The notes under the pieces: model-generated
The model's input: only the letters and a program-made list of their open reading frames with translations
The model's database searches: none
What the model was told of the DNA's origin: nothing
Position numbers and translations under genes: made by a program
Shown here: piece by piece, positions 31,089-39,364 of the stretch
Layout: every line of letters starts with the position of its first letter
Position numbering within the stretch: the stretch's first letter is position 1
Source: a virus
Direction: 5' to 3' (one strand)
DNA: 64,000 nucleotides
IMG/VR virus record: IMGVR_UViG_3300024299_000010
Coordinates: 7,276 to 71,275 of that record

Positions 31089-31339
31089 AATATATTTCCT
31101 GTATTTCTCAATTAAGTAAGACTAATTATACCTTATCTAGAACTAGATGTCAAGTTTTATTTTTCATCATCTGATATATCATCATAATCTATAATCAAAT
31201 CGATTTCGTCTTGATTAAATTCTTCACGATAAACTTCGTATTCGTAATATTCATCTTCATTCATAATATATTTCCTGTATTTCTCAATTAAGTAAGACTA
31301 ATTATACCTTATCTAGAACTAGATGTCAAGTTTTATTTT
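31086..31339 (-). repeat. Direct repeat of an early promoter-leader-RBS cassette
   Basis: ~78 bp identical copies at 31086-31164 and 31262-31339: TTGACA-N17-TATAAT-TAGTCTTACTTAATTGAGAAATACAGGAAATATATT-ATG. Confidence 0.9.
31157..31264 (-). CDS. Very acidic 35-aa early peptide
   Basis: MNEDEYYEYEVYREEFNQDEIDLIIDYDDISDDEK, with its own promoter and RBS cassette. Confidence 0.6.
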   Translation of the reverse strand: MNEDEYYEYEVYREEFNQDEIDLIIDYDDISDDEK

Positions 31340-31493
31340 AGTCAGGAATTGCTTCAGGGTTGTCCCAATAGAAATCGCTTAGTTGTTGTGGTGTAAATGC
31401 TTCAAGATCATAATCATCGTTGTCATCTAATGGTAGATCTTTGTAACTACATTCAAAGGTCTTTGTTAAATCTTTTTTGTTTTCACTGTTCAT
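31338..31493 (-). CDS. Acidic 51-aa early peptide
   Basis: MNSENKKDLTKTFECSYKDLPLDDNDDYDLEAFTPQQLSDFYWDNPEAIPD; promoter at 31556-31528; AGGA RBS. Confidence 0.55.
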   Translation of the reverse strand: MNSENKKDLTKTFECSYKDLPLDDNDDYDLEAFTPQQLSDFYWDNPEAIPD

Positions 31494-31568
31494 AATATTT
31501 ATTTCCTATCTTTTTAAAGTATAGGTAATTATAACCTAAATCGACATCCATGTCAACACTTATTTTCC

Positions 31569-31811
31569 TTATTTTAGAACTTTAAACTCCGTCACAGAAT
31601 CTATCCTGAATGATCTCCAATCTTCAGTAATAATGTCATAAACCGCAATGGTTTCGTCAGACATTTTTCTAGTTGATGTTCCTTTAGGTTTTTTATCTTC
31701 AGGGATTGCTTCTGCTTGAAGTGTACAGGTCATTACCCTTGTATATCCATCAACTTTAGTAAAGGTTACCTCGCATATGTTAGATTTTAAAAGGTTTCTA
31801 TAGTCATTCAT
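31569..31811 (-). CDS. WYL_2/SH3-like fold protein
   Basis: EVTFTKVDG..RVMTCTL...DWRSFRIDSV; likely start MNDYR at 31811. Confidence 0.7.
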   Translation of the reverse strand: MNDYRNLLKSNICEVTFTKVDGYTRVMTCTLQAEAIPEDKKPKGTSTRKMSDETIAVYDIITEDWRSFRIDSVTEFKVLK

Positions 31812-31812
31812 A

Positions 31813-32079
31813 TCAGTTCCACTCATTGTCAATTTTAGTTGTTTCATTATATACATCACTATAATGGGTTTTTGCAAAAGATTCAGAATCTTTCCAAACA
31901 TTATGGTTCACATCTAACTTCGCTAAGTTATTATTAATAGTCATTTCAGACTTTAGGAAGTTCTTATATGCCTTGGATGTTCTTGGAAGTTTATTCTTTG
32001 ATGTTAGTTTAGTTTTAAACTCAGATTTTGAATTTAGGTTATTCACTGCGTTTCTTATTAAGTCAATACGATTCTTCAT
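31813..32079 (-). CDS. Hypothetical protein
   Basis: 88-aa ORF in operon orientation. Confidence 0.55.
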   Translation of the reverse strand: MKNRIDLIRNAVNNLNSKSEFKTKLTSKNKLPRTSKAYKNFLKSEMTINNNLAKLDVNHNVWKDSESFAKTHYSDVYNETTKIDNEWN

Positions 32080-32295
32080 TATATAATTCTCTTGTTAGAT
32101 CTCTAGTTGGTTTGCATTTTAACGAACCCTTTGATGTTATTTCTAGTATACTATTTTTAGAATCTATAACATCGCTTTGTGTAAATTTTTGAATCTTTGA
32201 ATTTACATCACTTTTAAAATTGTCGTCACATTTAAAATTCATCGCTCTCCTAATTATTGATTATGTTATAATTATAGCATATCATCCTTTAAAAG

Positions 32296-32505
32296 TCAAC
32301 TCTTATTTCCATTTTGTGAAACAGTAAGATTATCCTGTCCCTCTAGAAGAAGAACGGGTATTCTCATTTCTTGATATGCCTGTTGATTGTGGTGTGATCC
32401 GTATTTCTCAACGAACTCCACGTATGATAGAACAAGTGAATCTTGCTCCATGTCAATGATATAATCTGTAATTTTACTCATAAAATATATATATTCCCAT
32501 TTCAA
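32296..32505 (-). CDS. Hypothetical early protein
   Basis: ORF downstream of the promoter at 32540-32512; likely start MSKIT. Confidence 0.5.
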   Translation of the reverse strand: MKWEYIYFMSKITDYIIDMEQDSLVLSYVEFVEKYGSHHNQQAYQEMRIPVLLLEGQDNLTVSQNGNKS

Positions 32506-32555
32506 AATACTATTATACTATAGTATTGAGGTGATGTCAAGCGAATAATTTTAAA

Positions 32556-32930
32556 TTAGTGTTTTATTTGAAAATGTGGTCCATCCGGAAAGTTTTTCCA
32601 ATCGGCACCACATTCGATTTCAACACCAAGTTCTGAAGCAGCAACCTTCATAGCATCTGCCAGTTTATGATATAAAGGCCAATCCCACCTAACCTCTGTT
32701 CCTATGTACGCAACAAGATCAACTGCCATTCCTGTTAAATGCCGACTTCTCATTGTCTTGCTTGCACCTCTATCAAATAACTTTTGCTGTCTTTCAAGTG
32801 ACCTTACACCCTCAGTTACACCAAAGTCTATTTCAGTTATTTCTATTGCTCTTTTTACAACACTTTGTAATCCTTCATCTACCCCAATCAGTTTCTTCTT
32901 AGACCTTCTACTTAACTTGAATTTACTCAT
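32556..32930 (-). CDS. Endolysin, peptidase M15 (L-Ala-D-Glu peptidase-like)
   Basis: FKLSRRS..KL.GV, EGVRS.ERQ, SRHLTGMAVD and DGPHFQ motifs. Confidence 0.9.
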   Translation of the reverse strand: MSKFKLSRRSKKKLIGVDEGLQSVVKRAIEITEIDFGVTEGVRSLERQQKLFDRGASKTMRSRHLTGMAVDLVAYIGTEVRWDWPLYHKLADAMKVAASELGVEIECGADWKNFPDGPHFQIKH

Positions 32931-33073
32931 GATACATCATCCTCTATTTTAGATTCTTCAGGTTTAGGTTCTTCGGTTTTACCAAAGATTTTATCCCAAT
33001 TGTCTTCGAATTGTTTTCGGTCACTTTGTTTTCTAGGGGAACTTCCTTTTCCCCCATGCCAACTTTTTGTCAT
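32927..33073 (-). CDS. Small conserved phage protein (48 aa)
   Basis: Manual translation: MTKSWHGGKGSSPRKQSDRKQFEDNWDKIFGK... Confidence 0.55.
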   Translation of the reverse strand: MTKSWHGGKGSSPRKQSDRKQFEDNWDKIFGKTEEPKPEESKIEDDVS

Positions 33074-33075
33074 AA

Positions 33076-33339
33076 CTAACCTTTATAAATTTTTAGTAAA
33101 TGTGTTTCAAATTGCTCTACCTTTTCTAAACGATTCGGCCATAGTATATATTCCTTTTCAGGGTTCTTTTTGAGATTATTAAGTAATGGCACCACAGCAT
33201 TGTATAGTGCATCAATTTTAGTTTGTAGATCTAATGCTGTACTTTCGGTTTTAAGAACTTGATTAGTTGCTTGTTGCACAATATCAAGTTCTGCCTCATC
33301 TACAGCGGTAAATCCAAAATCGAATATATCATCTATCAT
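33076..33339 (-). CDS. Conserved hypothetical T4-like protein
   Basis: FDFGFTAVDE...PLLNNLKKNPEKEYILWPNR. Confidence 0.65.
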   Translation of the reverse strand: MIDDIFDFGFTAVDEAELDIVQQATNQVLKTESTALDLQTKIDALYNAVVPLLNNLKKNPEKEYILWPNRLEKVEQFETHLLKIYKG

Positions 33340-34042
33340 CTAGTTTCCCACAACATTTTTTAGGTTTAACTTCTTCTTCTTCTTCAATGAAATCATCATC
33401 AAAATCATCGAACATGTTATCACCTTCTTCTTCATTATCTTCACTATACAATTCATTGATTAAATTTAGTCTAGCAATAACTTCATCAGAATCCATCCAA
33501 ATATCTTTATTATTTAGGATAGATTCGATTTCAACTTCAGTTAAGAAGTCTTCATATATCTCTCTTAATAGTTTTTCTGACCACTTCTTTTCGTGTATAA
33601 TATTATCATACATTTCCCCACCCTTGCCAATAGTACCACCAGAATAATTGTGGAACATAAACATAGAATGATCTGATACTTCATAACTAGAACCTTGAAG
33701 AAATATCATTGTAGCAGCAGACATACAAGCACCTTCAACAGAACAAATGACACTTGCTTCTGTTTCTTGAATAGATCTTATCATTTGAATAGCAGTGAAT
33801 AAATCACCACCAAACGAATTGATATGTATCCTAACGATATCACCCTTAACAGCATTTCTGATTGTATCAAACCAATCAATATACTCAGATGCTTCTGCTA
33901 TTTCACCTAATAGATAAAACTCGTGAAGTGCTCCACCTAAAGGTCTATTTAAAAAACTATTGGACTTTTGATCAGATCCCAAAATCATCCCTATACTTTC
34001 ACTTCCCATATTATATCCTATCTTATAATTAAGTTTCTTCAA
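33329..34042 (-). CDS. ClpP-like serine protease
   Basis: HINSFGG, GACMSAATMIF and MFHNYS motifs; acidic tail. Confidence 0.8.
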   Translation of the reverse strand: MKKLNYKIGYNMGSESIGMILGSDQKSNSFLNRPLGGALHEFYLLGEIAEASEYIDWFDTIRNAVKGDIVRIHINSFGGDLFTAIQMIRSIQETEASVICSVEGACMSAATMIFLQGSSYEVSDHSMFMFHNYSGGTIGKGGEMYDNIIHEKKWSEKLLREIYEDFLTEVEIESILNNKDIWMDSDEVIARLNLINELYSEDNEEEGDNMFDDFDDDFIEEEEEVKPKKCCGKLDDR

Positions 34043-34223
34043 CTGTTAATGTATCCCATTCACTTGCACGGATACTTATAAAACAACCACGAACCATCAC
34101 CTCAATAGGATCTCCTAAAGGTGCTACTCTTATAACCTCAACAATAGTATATGGTGTCATACCGAAAGCTAATAACTTCTTTCTGATATCACTCTTAGCA
34201 ATCTTTAGTATTTTATATTTCAT
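34029..34223 (-). CDS. feoA: FeoA-family protein
   Basis: RKKLLAFGMTP...V.VIRVAPLGDPIEV.VRG..ISIR..E signature. Confidence 0.8.
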   Translation of the reverse strand: MKYKILKIAKSDIRKKLLAFGMTPYTIVEVIRVAPLGDPIEVMVRGCFISIRASEWDTLTVEET

Positions 34224-34289
34224 AAATTAGGATATCTTCGACCAAGCATCCCCAGTCCTATCGACTTCAATCATTGCCGTATATTTAAT

Positions 34290-34556
34290 TTACCTTTGTA
34301 TAACCGCTATGATAAACTCTTCAGAGATAACGACACGTTGTTCACCATCAACTTTCACTGGTGTACTCTTTGCCCAATCTAATAAGATTTCATCACCCAC
34401 AGCAACCTCATTCACTTCTGATCCAATCTCAAGCACTCTACCAGTTTCATTATCAGACATACCAGAAGTACCTTCAATAATAATTCCTGATGATGTTGTT
34501 TTTACACGTTCAATGTTTGCTACTAATACATTCTTTTTCAATGGTGCAAATTTCAT
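34290..34556 (-). CDS. groES: Co-chaperonin GroES/Cpn10-like
   Basis: PLKKNVLV...TTSSGIII, G.VLEIG..V.EVAVGD motifs. Confidence 0.8.
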   Translation of the reverse strand: MKFAPLKKNVLVANIERVKTTSSGIIIEGTSGMSDNETGRVLEIGSEVNEVAVGDEILLDWAKSTPVKVDGEQRVVISEEFIIAVIQR

Positions 34557-34607
34557 AATTTATCTCACTTTTTAGTTTTTATAAAAATCTTTAAATCCTA
34601 ACATACC

Positions 34608-35183
34608 TCAATCATCGACTGTCTTGACAGATTCCTTTAATTTGACAGGCATTCCCTTTACTAGTCGAATAACACTCTTGGCATTGTGTCCTTTACCAAT
34701 GCGTTTAGCATCAGCATCATCTTTAGCAATGAACTTACGGACTTGTCCATTACGCATCATCATTTCGTATTGACCTTCTATTATAAAATCTTTAAATCCT
34801 AACATGCCTTCAACTGCTAATACTTTATCACCAGTTTTAAAACCTTTTTTTCTCATTACTGTTTTAGCAACAAGATTTACTTCTTTATTCTTTTTATCAT
34901 ATTCAATATGAACTGGGATGTTAATATCAGTACTCATTGATTTCACTAACTCTTCAACCTCTTTACCACCACCAACTTTAGATATTTTTTTACCAAACTT
35001 CTTATACAGATCTTTATATATGCCCACCAATTCATCGGGTGTAATCTGTTTCTTATTTCTTGCATCATTTAATCTATCAAAGAAATGTTTAGTAAACACA
35101 ACATCAACTCCAAGTTGGTCGAATATTTTATCAAGAGATTTCTCTATGACATTAAGTTGTGACTTTGTGATTTTATCATCCAT
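34608..35183 (-). CDS. Late hypothetical protein with an internal capsid-targeting-like motif
   Basis: FTKHFFDRLNDARN domain; internal MLGFKDFIIE; late promoter at 35222-35229. Confidence 0.6.
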   Translation of the reverse strand: MDDKITKSQLNVIEKSLDKIFDQLGVDVVFTKHFFDRLNDARNKKQITPDELVGIYKDLYKKFGKKISKVGGGKEVEELVKSMSTDINIPVHIEYDKKNKEVNLVAKTVMRKKGFKTGDKVLAVEGMLGFKDFIIEGQYEMMMRNGQVRKFIAKDDADAKRIGKGHNAKSVIRLVKGMPVKLKESVKTVDD

Positions 35184-35210
35184 ACTAGTTATCCTATTTA
35201 TTATTTATTA

Positions 35211-35897
35211 TTAACTATTAGTATTTATACAATGTTCTTGGTTATACATTTCAATAGTGTCTAATAATTGGGGCGCCCAATTATCTCTATGTTCAATAAA
35301 CACTTGTGCTGGTGCGTTATCTACTGCAATAATTGTTACTAGTTGTGTAATAGGTATCCCAGTTCTTTCTTCCCACATAATAGCATACGCGGCTTCTTGA
35401 ATATAATAATTAGATATCCATGCTTCCTTTTTAGGTTTAGTTGATGTTTTATAATCTATAATAGACATAACACCATCGAATTCACCCACACAATCTACAC
35501 GACCCGCTAACTTTAAATAGTCAGAGTATAGAGCAAACTCTTGACCATATATTTTACCCATTCTAGTATCAAGGATATCTTTCACTGCTAAGAAAGATTG
35601 TATTACATTAGGCATGAACCCTTTTCTATAATCAGGATTGTTCTTTACATATTGTTCTATAATAGAATGGACAGCAGTGCCACGAGTAGAAGCACGATAA
35701 GATATTTTATTTGCCTCTTCTTCTCCTACTCGTTTACGCCATGCCTCAATACTATCACGACCTAGTATTGATAATACAGTAGTGACAGAAGGATACAAAG
35801 TACCGTCAGGTGTCTTGTATTTTCTACCACCACCATTATATACAACATCTAGATCTTGATAACCAAAATCTATATCAAGTTTTTCAAATAATTTCAT
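35211..35897 (-). CDS. PD-(D/E)xK exonuclease
   Basis: YPSVTTVL, RGTAVH and LAGRVDC...IIDYKTS motifs. Confidence 0.85.
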   Translation of the reverse strand: MKLFEKLDIDFGYQDLDVVYNGGGRKYKTPDGTLYPSVTTVLSILGRDSIEAWRKRVGEEEANKISYRASTRGTAVHSIIEQYVKNNPDYRKGFMPNVIQSFLAVKDILDTRMGKIYGQEFALYSDYLKLAGRVDCVGEFDGVMSIIDYKTSTKPKKEAWISNYYIQEAAYAIMWEERTGIPITQLVTIIAVDNAPAQVFIEHRDNWAPQLLDTIEMYNQEHCINTNS

Positions 35898-36039
35898 AAT
35901 TTAATAAGGCACTTTGGTTATTATACTTTTCCTTATTTTTATCAGAAGGATCCCGCATCTTCTTAGGAGTGTTGCGTTTTATTTCATCTTTAAATTTATT
36001 TTTAGAATCGTATTTTGCTAGTTTTTTTGACATAATATT

Positions 36040-36723
36040 TTATTTAATTCCTAGGTGTTCTTTAGTCATAATATATTCACGTACAAGACCTGAACGAACA
36101 ATGTCTTCCCATGTGAATTCCACAGTTTCAAAGTATTTCATGTTAGTAATAATAGACATGAACTTTAAAATTCCATCTCGATCTTTATCTTTAGAGAAGT
36201 CAGATTGATAATAATCGCCACACATTATAAATCTACAGTTCTCCCCTATACGGGTAATAACAGAATCTAGTTCGTGAAAATTTAGGTTCTGCATTTCATC
36301 GACAATGATAATAGCATTGGTTAATGTAATACCCCGTATGAATGATGTTGATGTGAACTCTATTGCCCCTTGATTTACAAGAGCATCCCAAGCATTAGGT
36401 TCTTCTATGAGTTCACTTACAATACCTCTATAAGGTGCTGTATAAACCTCTTGCTTTTCTTCTTCTGTTCCTGGTAAGAAACCAATATCTCTAATCGGAA
36501 CAACGGATCTGATAATAACCAATTTATCATATGGTGTATCTTTATCCAGAATTTCTTCTAGTGCCAGATACATTGCAATAAAGGTTTTACCAGTACCAGC
36601 AGAACCATTCAAAGAAAGATTCATTCCACTATTATATGCTCGGAACACTTTCCCTTGATTCTCGGTAAGAGGTTCTAAAGATGTTAGATTTTCTAATCTT
36701 ATTTTAGTTGATTTACTATTCAT
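36040..36723 (-). CDS. phoH: PhoH-family ATPase
   Basis: GSAGTGKT, GFLPG, RGITL, DEMQN and GDYYQSD motifs. Confidence 0.92.
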   Translation of the reverse strand: MNSKSTKIRLENLTSLEPLTENQGKVFRAYNSGMNLSLNGSAGTGKTFIAMYLALEEILDKDTPYDKLVIIRSVVPIRDIGFLPGTEEEKQEVYTAPYRGIVSELIEEPNAWDALVNQGAIEFTSTSFIRGITLTNAIIIVDEMQNLNFHELDSVITRIGENCRFIMCGDYYQSDFSKDKDRDGILKFMSIITNMKYFETVEFTWEDIVRSGLVREYIMTKEHLGIK

Positions 36724-36725
36724 TA

Positions 36726-36968
36726 TTAGTTTTTTGTATGAATACTGTTGCCTTGTCCAGAACCTGATTTGATTTTCTTTAGAACATCATTCCAACCATC
36801 TGAAGTTTTTGATAATACACCCCCTAGTTCATGAACTATATGAGGTGAAACTGCAATATATGCTACTTGATCTTTATTGTCCTCTAGGTAAATCTCCCTT
36901 GCTGATATTTTCATAAACTTTTCTGTGATTTCTCCAGTGTTTATATTCTTAAACATATAGGTTGGCAT
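36726..36968 (-). CDS. FmdB-like small protein
   Basis: MPTY.F.N..TGE N-terminus; DGWNDVLKKIK. Confidence 0.6.
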   Translation of the reverse strand: MPTYMFKNINTGEITEKFMKISAREIYLEDNKDQVAYIAVSPHIVHELGGVLSKTSDGWNDVLKKIKSGSGQGNSIHTKN

Positions 36969-37050
36969 TCATATCCTCTATTAGGTTTTAAGACAATCTT
37001 ACTACTGAAAATATATTATACTATACAATAGCAAGATTGTCAAGACTTAT

Positions 37051-37221
37051 TTACGCTCCTAGAAAGAAATCCTCCAAGTCTTCAATTCTAGAATCAAGGT
37101 ACTCTCTCTTCTTTTGAAGATCGAATGCCTTTTTGTTTTCACCACGTTTTTCTAATCTCCGCATAAAGTATCCTAGTTCCCTAGAATCCCTCTTTAATCT
37201 TTCTACTTGAGGTCCATACAT
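37051..37221 (-). CDS. Hypothetical 56-aa protein
   Basis: Manual translation MYGPQVERLKRDSRELGYFMRRLEKRG...; AGGA RBS. Confidence 0.55.
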   Translation of the reverse strand: MYGPQVERLKRDSRELGYFMRRLEKRGENKKAFDLQKKREYLDSRIEDLEDFFLGA

Positions 37222-37311
37222 ATTCAGTTTCCTGTATATATTTTTACTGTATTTAAAATGATTTAACTGAGAAAACTTTTACTCCTTGTTGCATGGGTTG
37301 GCATAATATAT

Positions 37312-37761
37312 TTACTGCTTAATCAATTCTGGAAAGACTTCGTTAACTAAAGACTTTGTAATACCTTTATACACACTAGTCAGTTTCTTATCTTTCATTA
37401 GAATAACTAACTCTGCTTCCTTTACATGAACACCTTCAAGGATCTCAATAAACATTCTTTCAACTTTCGGTCTTTGTAAAGCATCACCTTTACCACCCTT
37501 AACAAAATAAGAAAATCTATTTGTCACATGTTGTAGTGTGGTTCTAGAATATCCAACAGGAGCATCATCTTGATTAAATGGTGGTGATCCTTTAGGTAAA
37601 GTAAATACAATACCATCATCAAATGAACCTCTTAGAATGTCTCTTAATGCTAGTGTATTATTCTCTTTTAAAAATTTTATCTTTGCCTTTTTAGTCTTCA
37701 ATAAGACTGCTTTCTCTAATACCTCGTGTATCATTAGTATCACGTAAATTCTCCTGCACAT
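37312..37761 (-). CDS. Conserved hypothetical protein downstream of rnh
   Basis: LPKGSPPF and ERMFIEILEGVH..EAELVI.MKDK motifs; likely start MIHEV. Confidence 0.65.
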   Translation of the reverse strand: MCRRIYVILMIHEVLEKAVLLKTKKAKIKFLKENNTLALRDILRGSFDDGIVFTLPKGSPPFNQDDAPVGYSRTTLQHVTNRFSYFVKGGKGDALQRPKVERMFIEILEGVHVKEAELVILMKDKKLTSVYKGITKSLVNEVFPELIKQ

Positions 37762-38588
37762 TCGATTAATAAACTACAACGGTTCTTTATAAGATAATTT
37801 AATACCTTTAACTTACTACTAACTTTCACATTAGCAACTTCTTCTTGGATATTTGACACAAGATCTTTAGGTATCTGTGTTAGATCAATCATCTTACGGT
37901 TTCTACAGAAGTTTCTATATGTTTCTGTTTCCATAATAGTATGCATATCATCAAGATTGTCAATTGTATACTTTGCAATCTTCTTTTGTGTCATTGGACT
38001 TTGACGGATACCTTCAGAAAATGTATTATCAGGACTCAATACATTTGGCACACCATCACTTGAATCACCCTTTAATAAGTGTTCTAGTAGATATGCTTTA
38101 GGATCTGGGTTCTGTATAAATTTCTTTGTGATAGGACTATATTGTCTGATATTGTTGAATTGATGTAACTGAATGAAATCTTTATCACCGGATACAATCA
38201 TCACTTTATCATGTTGTCCGAACTCTTGGGTATCTAATGCTAATACACCAATAATATCATCTGCCTCACATCTATCAACCTCTACAACCTTATAAGGAAA
38301 GTTCTCCTTTAATTCAAGTTTAATTTTATCAATAATCACAAAGATACTTTTCCAATCAATAGGTGATTCTTTTCTTGCCGAAGCCCGTTTAAATTTATAT
38401 TCAGGATAAATCTCTTTACGCCATGAATAAGAATCTATAGCAATTACCATTTGACCATATTCGGTACGGAATCTTTTATTATACATTCTGAGTGAATTCA
38501 GAATTGTATGTCGGATATCGTCTTCCTTTGTTAGTTTTTGAGCAACAACATTGCCAATAGCAATTGCTGAGAAATCTATAATAATCAT
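37740..38588 (-). CDS. rnh: T4-type RNase H (5'-3' exonuclease)
   Basis: IIIDFS, EADDII, SGDKDFIQL and GDSSDGVPN motifs. Confidence 0.92.
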   Translation of the reverse strand: MIIIDFSAIAIGNVVAQKLTKEDDIRHTILNSLRMYNKRFRTEYGQMVIAIDSYSWRKEIYPEYKFKRASARKESPIDWKSIFVIIDKIKLELKENFPYKVVEVDRCEADDIIGVLALDTQEFGQHDKVMIVSGDKDFIQLHQFNNIRQYSPITKKFIQNPDPKAYLLEHLLKGDSSDGVPNVLSPDNTFSEGIRQSPMTQKKIAKYTIDNLDDMHTIMETETYRNFCRNRKMIDLTQIPKDLVSNIQEEVANVKVSSKLKVLNYLIKNRCSLLIECAGEFT

Positions 38589-38633
38589 AATATGTTTCCA
38601 TTTTTATTTTGTAAGACTTATTATAACTCACAT

Positions 38634-39098
38634 TCAAGGCAAAGTCAACTCTTTTACATGATTTCTATGGATCTTCGCTTGTACTATTCCATTATACCAT
38701 AGATCAGGATGTAATAATACTTCACGGAAAATCTGTTCCCTTAATTCTACATACGACAATGCACCCTTAGATTTGCAATAAAACAATATCTCTCTTGTAA
38801 AGTTTTCTGCTCCTAGTGAAACCACATCAGACGACAACTCTACACTGGAACCATAATAAGTTTTCCAATCAGATTCTACTTGACTCTTAATCTTCTTACG
38901 TTTCTTTGTTCCATCCTTTAAGGTCACCATCTTGTACTTAGTCTTAGCAAACTTTGCAAGTTTCTTACCAATATATTTTCTATTATTGGTAAGATTCGTC
39001 ACCATATAAACGAACCCGACACAATCATCGGGTAATGTTTCTACTAAAGTATTCTGGTGATACCAATCATTATTCAAAATCTTCATCATCAGATTCAT
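38634..39098 (-). CDS. GIY-YIG family nuclease (Seg-like)
   Basis: GFVYMVTN..NNRKYIGKK and SDWKTYYGSS motifs. Confidence 0.75.
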   Translation of the reverse strand: MNLMMKILNNDWYHQNTLVETLPDDCVGFVYMVTNLTNNRKYIGKKLAKFAKTKYKMVTLKDGTKKRKKIKSQVESDWKTYYGSSVELSSDVVSLGAENFTREILFYCKSKGALSYVELREQIFREVLLHPDLWYNGIVQAKIHRNHVKELTLP

Positions 39099-39267
39099 TC
39101 AAAGGAATTTCATAACCTTCTTCAAAATCTAAATCATCAATATTTTCAGTACCACAATAAGGACAGTATCTAGTTTGAACATTTTCTAGTACTGCCATAG
39201 TAGATCTTATTTTATATTCCATTTCACATGCATTACATGTGTGTTCTATTTTATCCATATCACTCAT
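39070..39267 (-). CDS. Zinc-ribbon protein with acidic tail
   Basis: CNAC...YCPYCG. Confidence 0.65.
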   Translation of the reverse strand: MSDMDKIEHTCNACEMEYKIRSTMAVLENVQTRYCPYCGTENIDDLDFEEGYEIPLNESDDEDFE

Positions 39268-39364
39268 TTCCTTTTTTACCTTTATTCGTTAGGTATATTA
39301 ATGGTCGCCTATTGTGGACCGGGCGATAGCGGTCACCTCTTTCTACTCAATAGTAGGTGAGATA

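Noticed and set aside
31086-31339. 78-bp direct repeats as CRISPR repeats or att sites
   Set aside because: The repeats consist of promoter, leader and RBS, and no integrase or cas gene is present.
35211-35897. Cas4 implying a CRISPR system
   Set aside because: It is the usual stand-alone T4-like PD-(D/E)xK exonuclease next to phoH, with no Fe-S cysteine cluster or array.
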